From positions 27,280,001 to 27,344,000 of the forward strand of contig NC_082731.1 of assembly GCF_030144855.1 (NCBI RefSeq): a stretch of 64,000 nt of DNA, read 5' to 3'. Position 1 is the first letter of the stretch. Each line of letters opens with the position of its first letter. The position numbers and the translations under genes were made by a program. The notes under the pieces were generated by a model, which was not told the DNA's origin, searched no databases, and saw only the letters and a list, made by a program, of their open reading frames with translations. The DNA comes from Hypanus sabinus. Its lineage: Eukaryota. Shown here one piece after another: positions 1-13,300 of the stretch.

Positions 1-2600
1 ACGAGGCGAGCAGGTCGTCCTTGGGCGCTGTGCGGATGCCGAGTAGGACCCAGGGAAGCTCGTCCGCCCAGTTGGCTCCTCGCAGGCGGGCCATGAGGGC
101 CGACTTCAGGTGACGGTGGAAACGCTCCACTAGCCCGTTCGACTGTGGGTGGTAGGCAGTTGTGTGGTGCAGCTGAGTACCCAAAAGGCTGGCCATAGCT
201 GACCACAGGCTGGAGGTGAACTGGGCGCCTCTTTCGGAGGTAATGTGGGCTGGTACACCAAAGCGAGATATCCAGGTGGCGATCAGGGCTCGGGCGCAAG
301 ATTCGGAGGTGGTGTCGGTGAGCGGGACCGCCTCTGGCCATCTTGTGAACCGGTTCACGATAGTCAGGAGGTGCCGCGCTCCGCGCGACACTGGCAGGGG
401 GCCCACGATATCCACATGAATGTGGTCGAAACGCCGGTGGGTGGGATGGAACTGCTGCGGTGGGGCTTTGGTGTGCCGCTGAACCTTGGCCGTCTGGCAG
501 TGCATGCACGTTTTGGCCCATTCACTGACCTGTTTACGGAGTCCGTGCCAAACGAACCTACTGGAAATGGGATGCGCCAAGTTATGAATGGAGTCTAAAA
601 CACGGCGCTGCCAGGCTGTCGGGACGACGGGACGGGGCTGGCCGGTGGCGACGTCACAGAGTAGGGTCCTCTCACCTGGGCCGACGGGGAGGTCCTGGAG
701 CCGGAAACCGGAGACTGTGGTTCTGTAACTCGGAATCTCCACATCCGCCTGCTGCGCCTCTGCCAGTGCCTCAAAGTTTACCCCTTGGGAAAGGGCATGA
801 ACGGTAGGGCGAGAGAGCGCATCCGCCACGACATTGTCCTTAACCGAGACGTGCCGGACATCCGTCGTGTATTCAGAGATGTAAGACAGGTGGCGTTGCT
901 GGCGGGACGACCAGGGGTCGGACGCTTTCGTAAACGCAAAGGTAAGCGGTTTGTGGTCCGTGAACGCGGTGAAGGGCCGACCTTCTAGGAAGTACCTGAA
1001 ATGCCGGATTGCCAGGTAGAGCGCCAACAGTTCCTGGTCGAAAGCACTGTACTTGAGCTCGGGTGGCCGCAGGTGTTTGCTGAAAAACGCCAGGGGTTGC
1101 CAGCGACTTGCGATGAGTTGCTCCAGCACCCCACCGACTGCCGTGTTAGATGCATCCACTGTGAGGGCGGTAGGGGCGTCCATTCTGGGATGTACTAGCA
1201 TTGCGGCGTTCGCCAAAGCTTCCTTCGTTTGAACGAAAGCGGCGGCGGACTCCTCGTCCCAGGTAATGTCCTTGCTCGGACCCGACATCAGGGCGAACAG
1301 GGGGCGCATGATCCGGGCAGCTGAAGGGAGGAAGCGGTGGTAGAAATTGACCATACCTACGAATTCCTGAAGGCCTTTCATCGTGGTGGGTCGGGGAAGG
1401 TGACGGACCGCATCTACCTTAGCGGGCAGAGGGGTTGCCCCGTCTTTAGTAATCCTGTGGCCCAGGAAGTCAATGGTATCGAGTCCGAACTGGCATTTGG
1501 CGGGGTTGATTGTAAGACCGTACTCACTCAGTCGGGCGCAGAGTTGACGGAGGTGGGACAGATGCTCCTGACGACTGCTGCTGGCTATGAGGATGTCCTC
1601 CAAAAAGATGAACGCGAAGTCCAGGTCCCGTCCCACCGCGTCCATTAACCGCTGGAACGTCTGTGCGGCATTCTTCAGGCCGAACGGCATGCGGAGGAAC
1701 TCGAAAAGGCCAAACAGGGTGATAAGAGCCGTTTTGGGGACGTCGTCAGGATGCATCGGGATTTGATGGTACCCTCGGACGAGGTCTACCTTGGAGAAGA
1801 TCCGTGCGCCGTGCAGGTTTGCTGCAAAGTCCTGAATGTGCGGCACAGGGAAGCGGTCCGGTGTGGTAGCCTCGTTCAGCCTGCGGTAGTCGCCGCACGG
1901 TCTTCAGCCTCCCGTCGCTTTGGGCACCATGTGCAGGGGGGAGGCCCAAGGGCTGTCGGACCGCCGGATGATCCCCAATTCCTCCATCCTCTGGAACTCC
2001 TCCTTCGCCAGTCGGAGCTTGTCTGGGGGGAGTCGCCGAGCGCGGGCGTGGTCCCTGGGTCGGGATGTGGTGCTGTACGCCGTGTCTGGGCATGGCCGCT
2101 GTGAACTGCGGTGCCAGAACCGATGGGAAATCCGCCAGGACCCTGGTGAAGTCGTTGTCGGATAGCGTGATGGAGCCGAGGTGAGGGGCTGGCAACTGGG
2201 CTGCACCCAGGGAGAACGTCTGAAAGGTCTCGGCGTGTACCAGTCTCTTCCTGGGCAGGTCGACCAGTAGGCTGTGAGCTCGCAAAAAATCCGCACCCAG
2301 AAGCAGTTGGGCTACGGCGGCCAGTGTAAAGTCCCACGTGAACTGGCTGGAGCCGAACTGTAGCTGCACCTGACGGGTGCCATAGGTCCTTACTGTGCTG
2401 CCATTCACGGCCCTCGGGGGGGGGGGGGGGGGACACCCGGTGCCCTGCTGCGGGTGTCGTAGCTCGTCGGAGGTAAAACGCTGATCTCGGCCCCAGTATC
2501 GACCAAAAACCGGCGTCCCGACCTTCTATCCCACACATACAGGAGGCTATCCCGATGGCCAGCCGCCGTAGCCATCAGCGGCGGCTGGCCCTGGCGTTTC
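1..2600 (-). pseudogene. pol: Gypsy pol (protease, RT, RNase H, integrase), frameshifted
   Basis: The motifs are split across ORFs 2405..2647, 1746..2408 and 1904..2296. Frameshifts occur at the G-run near 2417-2432 and near 2040. Confidence 0.85.
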
Positions 2601-3264
2601 CCGGGAACTTGCAGGGCGGGCGACAACGGCGGGCTTCTGCGCCCCACCGCTGGTGGTAGAAGCTCCAGTGTTCATTGGGCTGGGGGTTGGCGGGCTCTGC
2701 GGCCGGGCCTGGACTGGTTTGCTGCTGGGAGCGTGGCTGGGAGATCTGTGCGCTGGACGCCCCGCTCACCTTTTTGGCGTTCCACAGCAAGTCCGCCCGG
2801 GCTGCCACCTTCCGGGGGTCACTGAAATCTGCGTCGGACAGCAGCAGGCGTATGTCCTCGGGCAGCTGCTCCAGGAATGCCTGCTCAAACATGAGGCAGG
2901 GTGTGTGTCCGTCGGCTAGAGACAACATCTCATTCATTAAAGCCGATGGAGGTCTGTCGTCCAAGCCATCCAGGTGCAGTAAACGGGCAGCCCGCTCGCG
3001 CCGTGAGAGTCCGAAAGTCCTGAGGAGCAGGGCTTTGAATTCCGTGTACTTGCCGTCTGCCGGGGACGGCTGTACGAACTCCGCGACCTGGGCCGCTGCG
3101 TCCTGGTCGAGGGAGCTCACCACGTAGTAGTAGCGGGTGTCTTCTGAGGTGATCTGGCGAACGTGGAATTGGGCTTCGGCTTGCTGGAACCATAGGTTCG
3201 GTCGCTGTGTCCAGAAACCCGGCAGTTTCAACGAAACCGCATGAACAGAGGCGGCGCCGGTCAT
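2575..3264 (-). CDS. gag: Gypsy gag (open reading frame from the ATG at 3264)
   Basis: Track ORF 2575..3462. The first internal ATG (MTGAASVHAVSLKLPGFW) lies just downstream of the PBS, and the ORF ends GNARASRR*. Confidence 0.8.
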   Translation of the reverse strand: MTGAASVHAVSLKLPGFWTQRPNLWFQQAEAQFHVRQITSEDTRYYYVVSSLDQDAAAQVAEFVQPSPADGKYTEFKALLLRTFGLSRRERAARLLHLDGLDDRPPSALMNEMLSLADGHTPCLMFEQAFLEQLPEDIRLLLSDADFSDPRKVAARADLLWNAKKVSGASSAQISQPRSQQQTSPGPAAEPANPQPNEHWSFYHQRWGAEARRCRPPCKFPGNARASRR

Positions 3265-3288
3265 TTCTGGTCCAAAAATCGTTTGGAC

Positions 3289-3302
3289 CGTCGGGGTCAC
3301 CA
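3289..3302 (-). other. Primer-binding site, tRNA-Trp-like
   Basis: The minus strand reads TGGTGACCCCGACG, 2 nt after the LTR end ...CTACA. This matches my recollection of the tRNA-Trp(CCA) 3' end. Confidence 0.7.
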
Positions 3303-3304
3303 AT

Positions 3305-3524
3305 TGTAGCGGTGTGCTACACGCAGCGCTAAAATTACGACACGGAGTCGGTAACGGCAGTCGAAGGAAAAAAACTTTATTCGAAATCGTCAGCCTCACT
3401 TTTAAGCCTCCCTCAACCTGCCCCCCCCCCCCCCCACCCCCACCGTGGCACAGAGGCTCCAAAGCTCTGTGCTCGCAAACCCCCGTAGGCTATCTAATTG
3501 TGAGCTGGTTTGGATGTGCCAGGA
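3305..3524 (-). repeat. Gypsy 5' LTR, outer end truncated by an L1 fragment
   Basis: The + strand begins TGTAGC next to the PBS. TTTATT (minus-strand AATAAA) is at about 3376. No terminal CA is seen before L1-like sequence starts at about 3524. Confidence 0.7.
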
Positions 3525-3960
3525 TACTGTTGGTGGCTGGTAAAAAGACTCTTACAAGGAAGTGGTTATCACAGGAGAGCCCAACTTTAAATACATGGAT
3601 GGAAATTACAATCGACATTTACAAAATGGAGAAAATAACAGCATCTGTTAATCATAAGCTGGAACAATTTGATTCATACTGGGGAAAATGGTATAACTAC
3701 ATAATGCCGCATAGGCCTGATTTTATTCTCACAAATCAATGAATCTGTTGTGAAAAAAAATCACTCCCTACTTGTACATAGTGCTTTCCTTTTGCTTGTT
3801 TTTTCTTTCCACTCTTTTCTATAAGTATATACCTCAGATAAATACTTTGTGGCGATATTGTGATATATATGATTATATGATATATATGTACAATGTCTGA
3901 AATACATCTTATAGAAATGTTTGATGATAAACTTCAATAAAAATAAATTACAAAAAAAAT
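3524..3960 (+). mobile_element. 5'-truncated L1-clade LINE 3' fragment
   Basis: ORF2 C-terminus ILLVAGKKTLTRKWLSQESPTLNTW...W, followed by AATAAA and an A-tail at about 3936-3959. Confidence 0.75.
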
Positions 3961-6539
3961 TTCATCATATGAACACGTATTGGGAAGAATTAACAGTGAG
4001 GGAAAAGTGCAAGACGCATGGGATCAATTTTGGTTGTATGCTAATTTAAACAAATTAGAAGTTTTTTTTTTCCCTTTCCTAGTTTTATGTTTCCCGTCAT
4101 GGGATGGCTGCACTGTATCTGCTCTGATATGCTGTGCTGCTTTGTAAAATAAGAATAAATAATAATAAAAATTTGAATTACAAAAAAACATACATCAGCT
4201 CCAGCATGTCACACAAGGATTCTGCCTATCAAAGTAATGTTGACAAGGCAGCCCGTGGTATCTTTTGGTTTGTCTTAACATTCCACTTTATTTCTGCCAA
4301 TTCACAATTATCTGATCACCTGACCTACAGTCATCAGGATGTACTTATGCCCAGTCTGAGAAAACACACTTTCAGTTGTTGGTGGGAGTCTCGCAACTGC
4401 TTCAGAACACAAATTGCAGGTGTACATACATTTGAACTGCTCATTCCAATTACATAATCAATAAATCAATCAGTAACCCTCAATCATCATTACAGTGAGC
4501 CCATTTCTGACACAAGACAAATGCTCAGTAACGAGGAGAGGGTCTTGCCGTCCATGCATCTTTTGACGATTGGTTTTGATTCATTTTGTGCAGAAGCACA
4601 ACATTAGAACTGTGTTTCCATATGTAAAGCAGTGTGTTTATTCTTTTTAGTAACACAGCTCCACTGGGAGGGCCCCCTGCTCAAATTAAACCTGCCTGTG
4701 AAACCGGAGAGGAAGTGTAAGGACTGAGTGTTAATGTTATCGCAGAGTTTCAGACATCTGTCAGCTATTAATAACAAATAGTTACTGAGCTTCAAGTAAA
4801 CCTACAACACAGAACAGTACAGCACAGGAACAGGCCCTTCAGCCCATGATGACTGTGACAACCAGAACACTAAATTGATCTAAACCAAACTATCTGCACA
4901 TAATCAATATCCCTCCATATCCTGAATGGTCATGTGCTTTTTGAAATGTATCTTAAAGATCCTGTCATGCTGTTTCCACCATTACCCCTGGCAGTGCATT
5001 CCAGGCACTACCACTCCCCGCATTTAAATAAAAGCTTACATCACACATCTCCTTTAAATGTTATATCCTCACCTTAAATCTGTCCTTTTGAAAATGACAT
5101 TTTACACTGGGAAAATGACCGACTGCCAACCTTATTGATGACTCTTACTTTTATAAGCCTCTATCAGTTTGCCTCTCAGTATACTATCCAGAGTAACAGT
5201 CAAAGATTGTTCAACCTCTCCTTACAGCTAATATTCTCTTATCCAGGCAGCATGCTCATGAGTGTCTTTTACACCCTCTCCAAATCCTCCACATCCTTCT
5301 TACAATAGAGCAACCAGAACAGTGGGTTCATAAAGTTTCACCCAGGTTAATGCAGGCATAAATACCTATGCTTTAACTTGGACAAAAAGCAATCTGTACT
5401 CTCCTCTTACCCAGTCCCATGAAATTCTCCCAGCAGGGACACGCTCTCCTTGATGCTGGAATGTACTGGATTCTACTTTCGGGCTTTTTCTTGGGGACAC
5501 AGAAATTTTGAATTCATTAGTAATAAGTGGAATGTTTAGATGCTCAAATAAAATAATTGATTGGGTGGAGGAGAAAAATGCTTTCATCTGTGGTGGTGGA
5601 AGACTAAAACTATTCTAAATAATCACTAATCATCCAGTTTGGTTTATTTATCCAGAGACTGGGGAGAAGGTGGATTTCTTCTACAGAAGTGAAGATGGTG
5701 AAAGGGAGCAGAAGGAGAAGTTAACCCAGTTGCACAAAGATGGAGTGGCTGAATGTTCATGCAGAAAATAAACAATGGGATGAAATAATTGGTCTGAATC
5801 TGCTCCTGTTCTGTACGTTTCATTTAACTCTGTAGTAGCAGAATCACGGGACAGAAACAAAATCTATAGGGTTTCCTTTCCTTCACCATGTTCCTCTCCC
5901 ACTCTCTTTATCTCGTCCTGGGGTTTTCACTCTCCTCACTCCTCCAGCCCATTGCATATCCACATCACAGTGGCCCCTCCATACCAGACATTGATGTAAC
6001 TGGTTAGGATGTTCTCAACATTACATCTGTACAAATTTCTAGTTTTTGATGTTTGACCAAATCACCTCAAACTCCTAATGAAATGTGGCTGCTGATATGT
6101 CTTCTTCATAACTACATCAATATGTTGGGCCCAGGAAAGATCTTTGGAGATTTTGACACCCAGGAACTTGAAACTGTTAAACCTTTCCGCTGCTGAACCC
6201 CTGACTATGAGTGGAATGTGTTCCCCCGACTTCCTCATCTAAAGTCCACAGTCAATTCTTCAATCTATTGATGTTGAGTGCAAGCTTGTTATTGTGACAC
6301 CACAGCCAATATACCTCAGTCCTGTATGCCTCCTCTTCACCATCTGAGATTCTGCCAACAGTTGTGTCATTGACAAATTTATAGATGGAATTGAAGCTTT
6401 GCTTTGCCACACAGTCAATGGTGCAGAGTAGAGCAGAGCATGTCCCATGTCATAATTCTCAATGGACAACAGGCAGTGGGAGCTGGAATGGGACAGCCAA
6501 CTGAGAGATTTTTATCTTACAGCCATAAGCAGAGAAAGG

Positions 6540-8410
6540 CATACAAAATTTTGAGGGCTATAGGGTCAATGAAAATCAGGCTTTTTCCCACTGAAGTTGG
6601 GTGGGACAACAAGCAGAGGTCATGGGTTACGGGTGAAAGGTGAAAGTTTAAGGGGAACATGAGGGGAAACCAGTTAACCCAGATGGTTGTGAGAGTGGAA
6701 TGAGTTGTCTGCACAAATGGTGGATGAGTGCTTGATTTTAACAGTTAAGAGAAGTTTGGATAGGTACATAATAGTATGGGTGTGGAGATCAAGGGTCCAG
6801 ATTGAAGGGAGTAGGCAGTTTAAATGCACTCAGCATGGACTAAATGGACCAAATGGCCCATTTCTGTGTTGTACTTCTCTATGACACTAGTTTAATAAAC
6901 ATAAGCCAATGATAGGTCAAGGCAGGTACATATGAAAATTCTCAGGTGTGGTGAGAAACACGAGGTAAACTTCCCACAGTTACAGAGGTTGTTGTTTGGT
7001 GAGCTCGTGTTTCAAGAGAGGTCTTGTTTCTGCTGTGTCAGCTGACTGACACAGATTCCATAAGGACAGAGAGGGAATATGGAAGGTTTACTTTGGGTGA
7101 GAGCCCCCTGGCAGTTTGGGTTCTAATTGTTCCGAAAGATGAATTTAAACTTAAGTTCCCAATATGCTGCAGTTAATGGGAAAAACAGGGATACAGAGGG
7201 GTGGATATTACACTGCTATGGAGCAGAGATCGAATTAGACCAAATCTGGAGCACTGGCTGTGATTCTTGGCATCACCCCTCATGAAAAATGTATTTTCAT
7301 TTGAGAGGGGGCTGTGTGGATGAAGAATTGTGAAGTACTGTTGGGACAGTGATGGACTATTAGGTCTGGTTTTCTGTTCTGAAGTGCGGAACATTGAAGG
7401 CTAGTGTAATTGGGGAGTTTAAAAAACATTGAAGAATGGCACAGAATAATAACAGAATCTGTTGCTTCTTCTGTTTATTCCAGTGCTAGGATATTTAGGA
7501 CCCAGGATATTCAGAATTTTCCCTGGAAATGGTCGAGACTGGGGACTGTGAATTGAAACTTTCAAAATCAATAGAATTTTGTTTGATTTAGATTATTAAA
7601 ACATGTGGAACCAAAGAGGGTGAATGGAGCTTGGACACAGATCATCTTAAGTAGGAGTAGACTGGAGGACTGAACAACCACCTTCTGACAGTCAGTACAC
7701 AAAATAAATTTGAACAGAATCTGTTTGCAGCTGTTGATTTACCGGAAACATTTCATATTTTCGTTCTTGACAGGTGGATGAAACTGGGCAGTGATAGAGG
7801 CTATATCCTTCTCAGGCTTCCTGTCGGAGATGTCAACTTAACTTATTCTGAACAGGGGAACTTCCGGAGGAAAAAGACTTTCTAAAAAGAATAAGCATAC
7901 TACTGGCGATATAGTTTTTTTTTGATTTAGAGGCCAATACCAATAATCAATTCTTGTAGAGTCATAAAACTAGAACACTACAACACAGAAACAGACCCTT
8001 CAGTGCATCTAGTCCATGCCAAACTATTAATCTGCCTAGTCCCATTGACCTGCACCCAGAACACAGCTCTACATATACCAACCCAAATTTCTCTTAAATG
8101 TTGAAATCGAACATGCATCCATCACTTCCACTGGCAGCACATTCCACACTATCATCACTCTCTGAATGAAGATCCCCCTATTGTTTCCCTTAAATAAGTC
8201 ACCTTTCACCCTTAACCCATGACCTCTAGTCTTATTAGTCTCACCAAACTTCAGTGGAAAAAGGCTGCTTGCATTTACCCTATCTATAATCATCAATTTT
8301 GTATACCTCAGTCAAATCTCCTTTCATTTTCCTGCACTGTTGGGAATAAAGTCCTTACCTGTTCAATCTTTCCGTATAATTCAGATCAAGTCCAGGCAAC
8401 ATCCTTGTAA
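6540..8410. mobile_element. CR1-type LINE 3' fragments (about 6540-6890 on +; about 7170-7400 and 7950-8410 on -)
   Basis: CR1 RT C-terminal motifs such as KTRGHGLRVKGDLFKGN and FIQRVMIVWNVLP. Boundaries are approximate. Confidence 0.65.
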
Positions 8411-9249
8411 AAGCAGATTTGCTAATGGGACCGAAAATCTGAAGGGAGAAGGGGTCCGTGCAGTCATGGGGACATATGTCCTTTGAAGAGCACAAAGCGG
8501 TCTTGAACCAAATTTAAATATTGGTTCTCCTGGGAAGACAGATTGGCTGAGATTAAAGTTGGTGTTTATTTCTTCTGTAAATGGGAAATTTGTGCTCTGG
8601 CCCAATCCCATTGAACTGGTTGTTCCAGCTGAACTGCTCTAGTACAGAAAAAACACTGACATGTAGACAAGAATGAGAAAAATTGCCCTATATGTCAACT
8701 CTCGATATACGGGACAAATCTAATCAGCCAATAATTGTCCAACTAGTCTCTTCAATCTTTGGTAATTTGATGGGAGCAATAATGAACAGTGTTAGCAGGT
8801 GGAACTTATTCACCAAATAACCTAATCACCAGTGACCAGTTAAGGCTTTGCCAGGACCAGTTGGTTCTTCTTTGATAACAGCCTTGATACAATTATGGGT
8901 CAAAGAGCTGAATTCCAGAGATGAGATCAGACTGACTGCCTTTGACAAGTCATGGCAATGAGCCTCTCCACCAAGGGACAGCTGAATCAGCAAAGGCAAA
9001 GCACATAAGAACATCATCAACAGCAAATCATTCATTATCCAGAGTTGGAATTACTTTATCAATGCTTCATAATCACTGGGTCTAAATCCTGAAATTCCCC
9101 ACCCAACAGCAGTGTGCAAGACCTTTCAACTGAAAGACTACAGTAGTTCAATAACACCACTTTCCACAAGCTCCAGAACATCCCTGCATGGACAATTAAC
9201 ACTGGTCCTCCCAACAATCCACAAATCCCAAAACTAAATTAAAAAGAAC

Positions 9250-10232
9250 AGTGGTTTGATGAAAGGTTTTGAGAGATTGGTCATAACTAGAATCAATTTC
9301 TTCCTTAGCAAGGACTTGAACCCACTGCAATTTCCCTATCGCCATAGTGGGTCTACAGGGGACATGATCTCAATGGCTCTTCATGTGGCCTTGGGTCACC
9401 TGGACAATATGAGTACCTATGTCAGGATGTCGTTCATTAACTATAGCTCAGCGTTTAACACCATATTCCACAGTACTGATTGAGAAGTTACAGAACCTGG
9501 GCCTCTGTAACTCTGTCTCTGCAACTGGATCCTTGACTTCCTAACCAGAAGGCCACAGTCTGTGCAGAAATCTCCTCTCTGATTATCAACACTGGTGAAC
9601 CTCAGGGATGTGGGCTTAACCCACTGCATTACTCTAGCTCAAATCCCATCCATAAATTTGCTGATGATACAACCATTATTGGCAGCATCTCAGTTGGTGA
9701 TGAGAGGACGTATCAGAGCAAGATATACCAGCTATTTGAGTCGTGCCGCAGCAACAACCTTACATTGAACATCAGTAAGACCAAAGAGCTGATAGTTGAA
9801 TTCAGGAAAGGCAAGATGAGGGAAGACAAAACAATCCTTACAAGTGGAGAGAGTGAGCAATTTCAGGTTCCCAAGTTCCAATTTCTCTGGGGATTTAGCC
9901 TGGACCCAACATATTGATGCAGTTATAAAGAAGGCAAGACAGAGGTTATATTTCATCAGGAGTTTGAGGAGCTTATGTTTGTCACCCAAAACACTTGAAA
10001 ACAACAGAGCATTCTGAGAGACTGCATCACCATCTGGTATAGTGGTAGTGGAGGAGGTGGGGGGTGATCTACTGCACAGCATCATAGACAAATGCAGAGT
10101 GTTGTAAAATTAGTCAGCTTGATCATGGGCACCAGCTGGAATTATTGGAATTACTGGTATTATTTTACTGCTGCCACAAAGTTAACAAATTTCACAACAT
10201 ATGCTGGTGATATTAAAGCTGATTCTGATTCT
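9250..10232 (+). mobile_element. Rex1/Babar-type LINE 3' fragment
   Basis: RT motifs MKGFERLV, LQFPYR and FINYSSAFNT. A (GATTCT)n-like tail lies at about 10218-10232. Confidence 0.75.
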
Positions 10233-10384
10233 GTTGGGATAGACCTGCAGTACTCTAAGTTCCTAATGTCCAGCAGAGTCTTGCACTCAAAAGGTAATGC
10301 CTCTGGTTGACCCTGCCCTCCATCATCTTATCAGAAGTCGCTTACTACCTTGACCCACTAACCCTCACCTCCAGGCCTCCACAC

Positions 10385-13300
10385 CGGAGTGTGCGATAGA
10401 CTCACATTCTAAATCCTTTCACCCAATTGCACACATACACTTTATCCTCCCCATCCTAGTACCCTATTTCTGTTTATCCATCATATCCTATAAAAAGCCT
10501 CTGTACCCTTTAAGAAAGCTAAAAATACCCTAACCTGTCTTCTCTCACCCATGCCTAGGAACCCTTTTAATGTGAATTCCTGAACCCCAATTCCCTTAGA
10601 TTAATTCTCATCATCTCTCTGTATCCCATACTTCCTGCAACTCAGAACTACATGTGCTACTGACTCCTCTTCCCGACATTCCTCACACAATCCTGTCTGG
10701 TGTTTCCCTATCAATTTTAGTGTTTGGTTTAGTGCAGTGCCCCAGCCTTAACCTAGTCCACACAATTTCCTCTCTTCTGTATCTACTACCTACCCTAGAA
10801 CCAGCAACACTTTTTTGTATTTGATATAAATGCCTCCCTTTCCCCTCCATGTCCCATCTTTCTTGCCACATTTGGTTGATTTTTTCCCAGATTACACACT
10901 TAACCTCTGCTTTACTAATACTAATGTGCATTTCTATATTGTCTTTCTTTACTGCCCTCTTTGCCAAATCATCCACCCTTTCATTGCCCTTCACCCCTAC
11001 ATGAACTGGAACCCATAGAAAATTAACCTGACCGCCCTGATTTGCAACTCTTGTGACTGACTGAAGGACTTCATCTTGCCAGCTGTTTGAGTGAGAAGCC
11101 CTTAAACTTGCTGGAACTGAAGATGAATCTGAGCATATCAAAGCTTTGATTAGCTTTCTCCACCCAACGCAACCAACACTGCCATCATCTCCACAGTATC
11201 CACTGCTAACTTATCAGACGATCTTCTGCTGTTTGCAATTGCTTTTGCTGGTATAGCGACCCCAAACCCTATCACTCCTGTCTCAGGTTCCTTAGCACCA
11301 TCTGTACACCTGAGTATAATCACTATACTTTTCCATCACATGACAGTTAAATGCACTTACCAAATCAGTTTTATATTTTCCTTTCCTTTTTACCTCTAAC
11401 AAATGCCAGTCTACATCAGGCCATACCAGCTTCCATTGAGCTCCAACTGGATAAACTACTGAAGGGTTGATCCTAAGATCAAACACTCCACATGATCTAG
11501 CAATATCATTCCTGACCCAACTAAAGATTTCCCTCTGAAACCTCCCATTTTCCCAGGACTCCTGCAACACTCCTTTAGCAGGGTGAGAATCATTGTGTCC
11601 CTGCAAATTAACCCAGTAGTTTGCCATCAATTGCATCCTTCTTAATTCCAAAGGCATTGTTACCATTTCTACCTGCAGGGCTGATACTGGTGATGTTTTA
11701 AAAGCCCCACTGCACACTCTCAAAACCTCAGCCTGAATCACATCCAGTTTCCTTATCAGAGACATAGCTGCTGATCCATATGCTACACTTCCATAATCCA
11801 ACACAGATCTTACTAAAGCCACATACATTCTCTTTAATGCTGAACAACTTGCTCCCCATTCCCTACCAGTCAAACATCTCATCATGTTTATTACTTTTTT
11901 ACATTTCTCCTCAACTTTCCTGATATGGTCAGCCCATGTTAATCGTGAATCAAATATAACTCCCAGAAATTTAAATGATCCAACCCTTTCTAATTCAATC
12001 CTGTACATCCTTAACTTCTTCCCGACTTCAGTTCTTTTCTTAGTGAAAAATACAGTTTGAGTTTTTTTCCACTGAAAATCTACATCCCCAATTATATCCC
12101 CACTCTACCACTTGTAGTTTCCTGATTATATGCTTCGTGTTCTTGCCTCTTTTCCACAAAGCCCCATCTTCCGCAAACAGTGACCTACCTATATCCACTG
12201 ATACCTTTGTGAAGACATCATTGATCATATTGATGAAAAGTAACAGGCTAATCACACTACCCTGAGGTGTGCCATTTCCCACTATGTACTGTTTTGATAA
12301 TTCTGATCCAATCCGAACTTGAATTTTTCTAACAAACAAAAAATCTTTAATCCAATTAAAACTCCCCCCAGCCCCCATCTTGTGCAGTTTAATTAATAAT
12401 CCTTCCTTCCACATCAGATCATAGGCTTTTTCAATGTCAAAATATACTGTAACTACTGATTCTTTATTTGTCTGGGCCTTTCTTATTTCAGTCTCGAACC
12501 TTATCACTGAGTCCATGGAATTCCTTCCTTTCCTAAAACCACTCTGATAACTTGCCAGCATTCCTCTCTTCTCAAGATCATACTATAACCTTTCTGTTAT
12601 CATCCTTTCCATTACCTTACATCTATTTGATGTTAATGCTATTGGCCTGTAGCTAGTGGGTTTTGACGGATCCTTGCCAGGTTTCCTTATTGCAATTACT
12701 ACTGCTTCTTTCCACGCACTTGGTAAAATTCCCTCCTCCCACACTGTTATAAAAAAGCAGTACCTTCAAGAGCGCTCCTTCTCCTAGATTTTTTAGCATA
12801 ACATAGCATATTAGATCTTTCCCTGGGGAGGTTGGTCTCGATCTCTTTATTGCTCACCATTTCTGCCAAAGTAAATGGATCATCAATTATATCATCTGTT
12901 TCTTCCCTCCTGTTTAACACACCTGGGTATTGACTCATTGTTCTTTCCCTTCTTCAGACAAACTTTCTGAACTATGTATCTTTACAAATGACTTGGCCAT
13001 GATCTCAGCCTTATCCCTGCTGGGGACTGCAGTTTCCTCCTCAGATATCATTCCTGGATACTCCCAATCCCTTCTATCTCCCCCCATTCTCTTAATCATT
13101 CCCCATACCTCTCCCACAGGCATTGTTCTTATTTTGTTGCAAAAACTCCTCCAACTTGCCCTTTTAGCTTAACATATAGTTCTTCTCACCACTGCCTGTG
13201 CCTTCTTATATTGAATTCAATGCTGCATATTATGGGTTCTTTTATCTAGCCTGAATGCTCTATTTCTGTTTTTTTTTAAATTTTTTCTTAAAAAAAAAAC

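Larger units (their letters stand above)
1..3524 (-). mobile_element. Gypsy/Ty3 LTR retrotransposon (5' LTR, gag, PR-RT-RH-IN); runs off the window start and is frameshifted
   Basis: Minus-strand motifs: gag SLKLPGFWTQRPNLWFQQAEAQF, protease FLVDTGAEISVLP, RT RRSDSPWASPLHMVPK and integrase TIVNRFTRWPEA near base 350. The sequence is GC/CpG-rich relative to the flanks. Confidence 0.93.

Noticed and set aside
2417-2432. Long G-run in the Gypsy protease considered as a programmed frameshift
   Set aside because: It lies within the protease rather than at the gag-pol overlap and is more likely homopolymer slippage or sequencing error.
1-3300. GC-rich, ORF-dense block suggesting bacterial contamination
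   Set aside because: It translates to Gypsy gag/pol with a PBS and LTR. The + strand ORFs are antisense shadows.
8381-8660. Minus-strand ORF with FKFG/FRFS motifs (nucleoporin-like)
   Set aside because: It is short, partly overlaps a CR1 fragment and has no supporting neighbouring exons.
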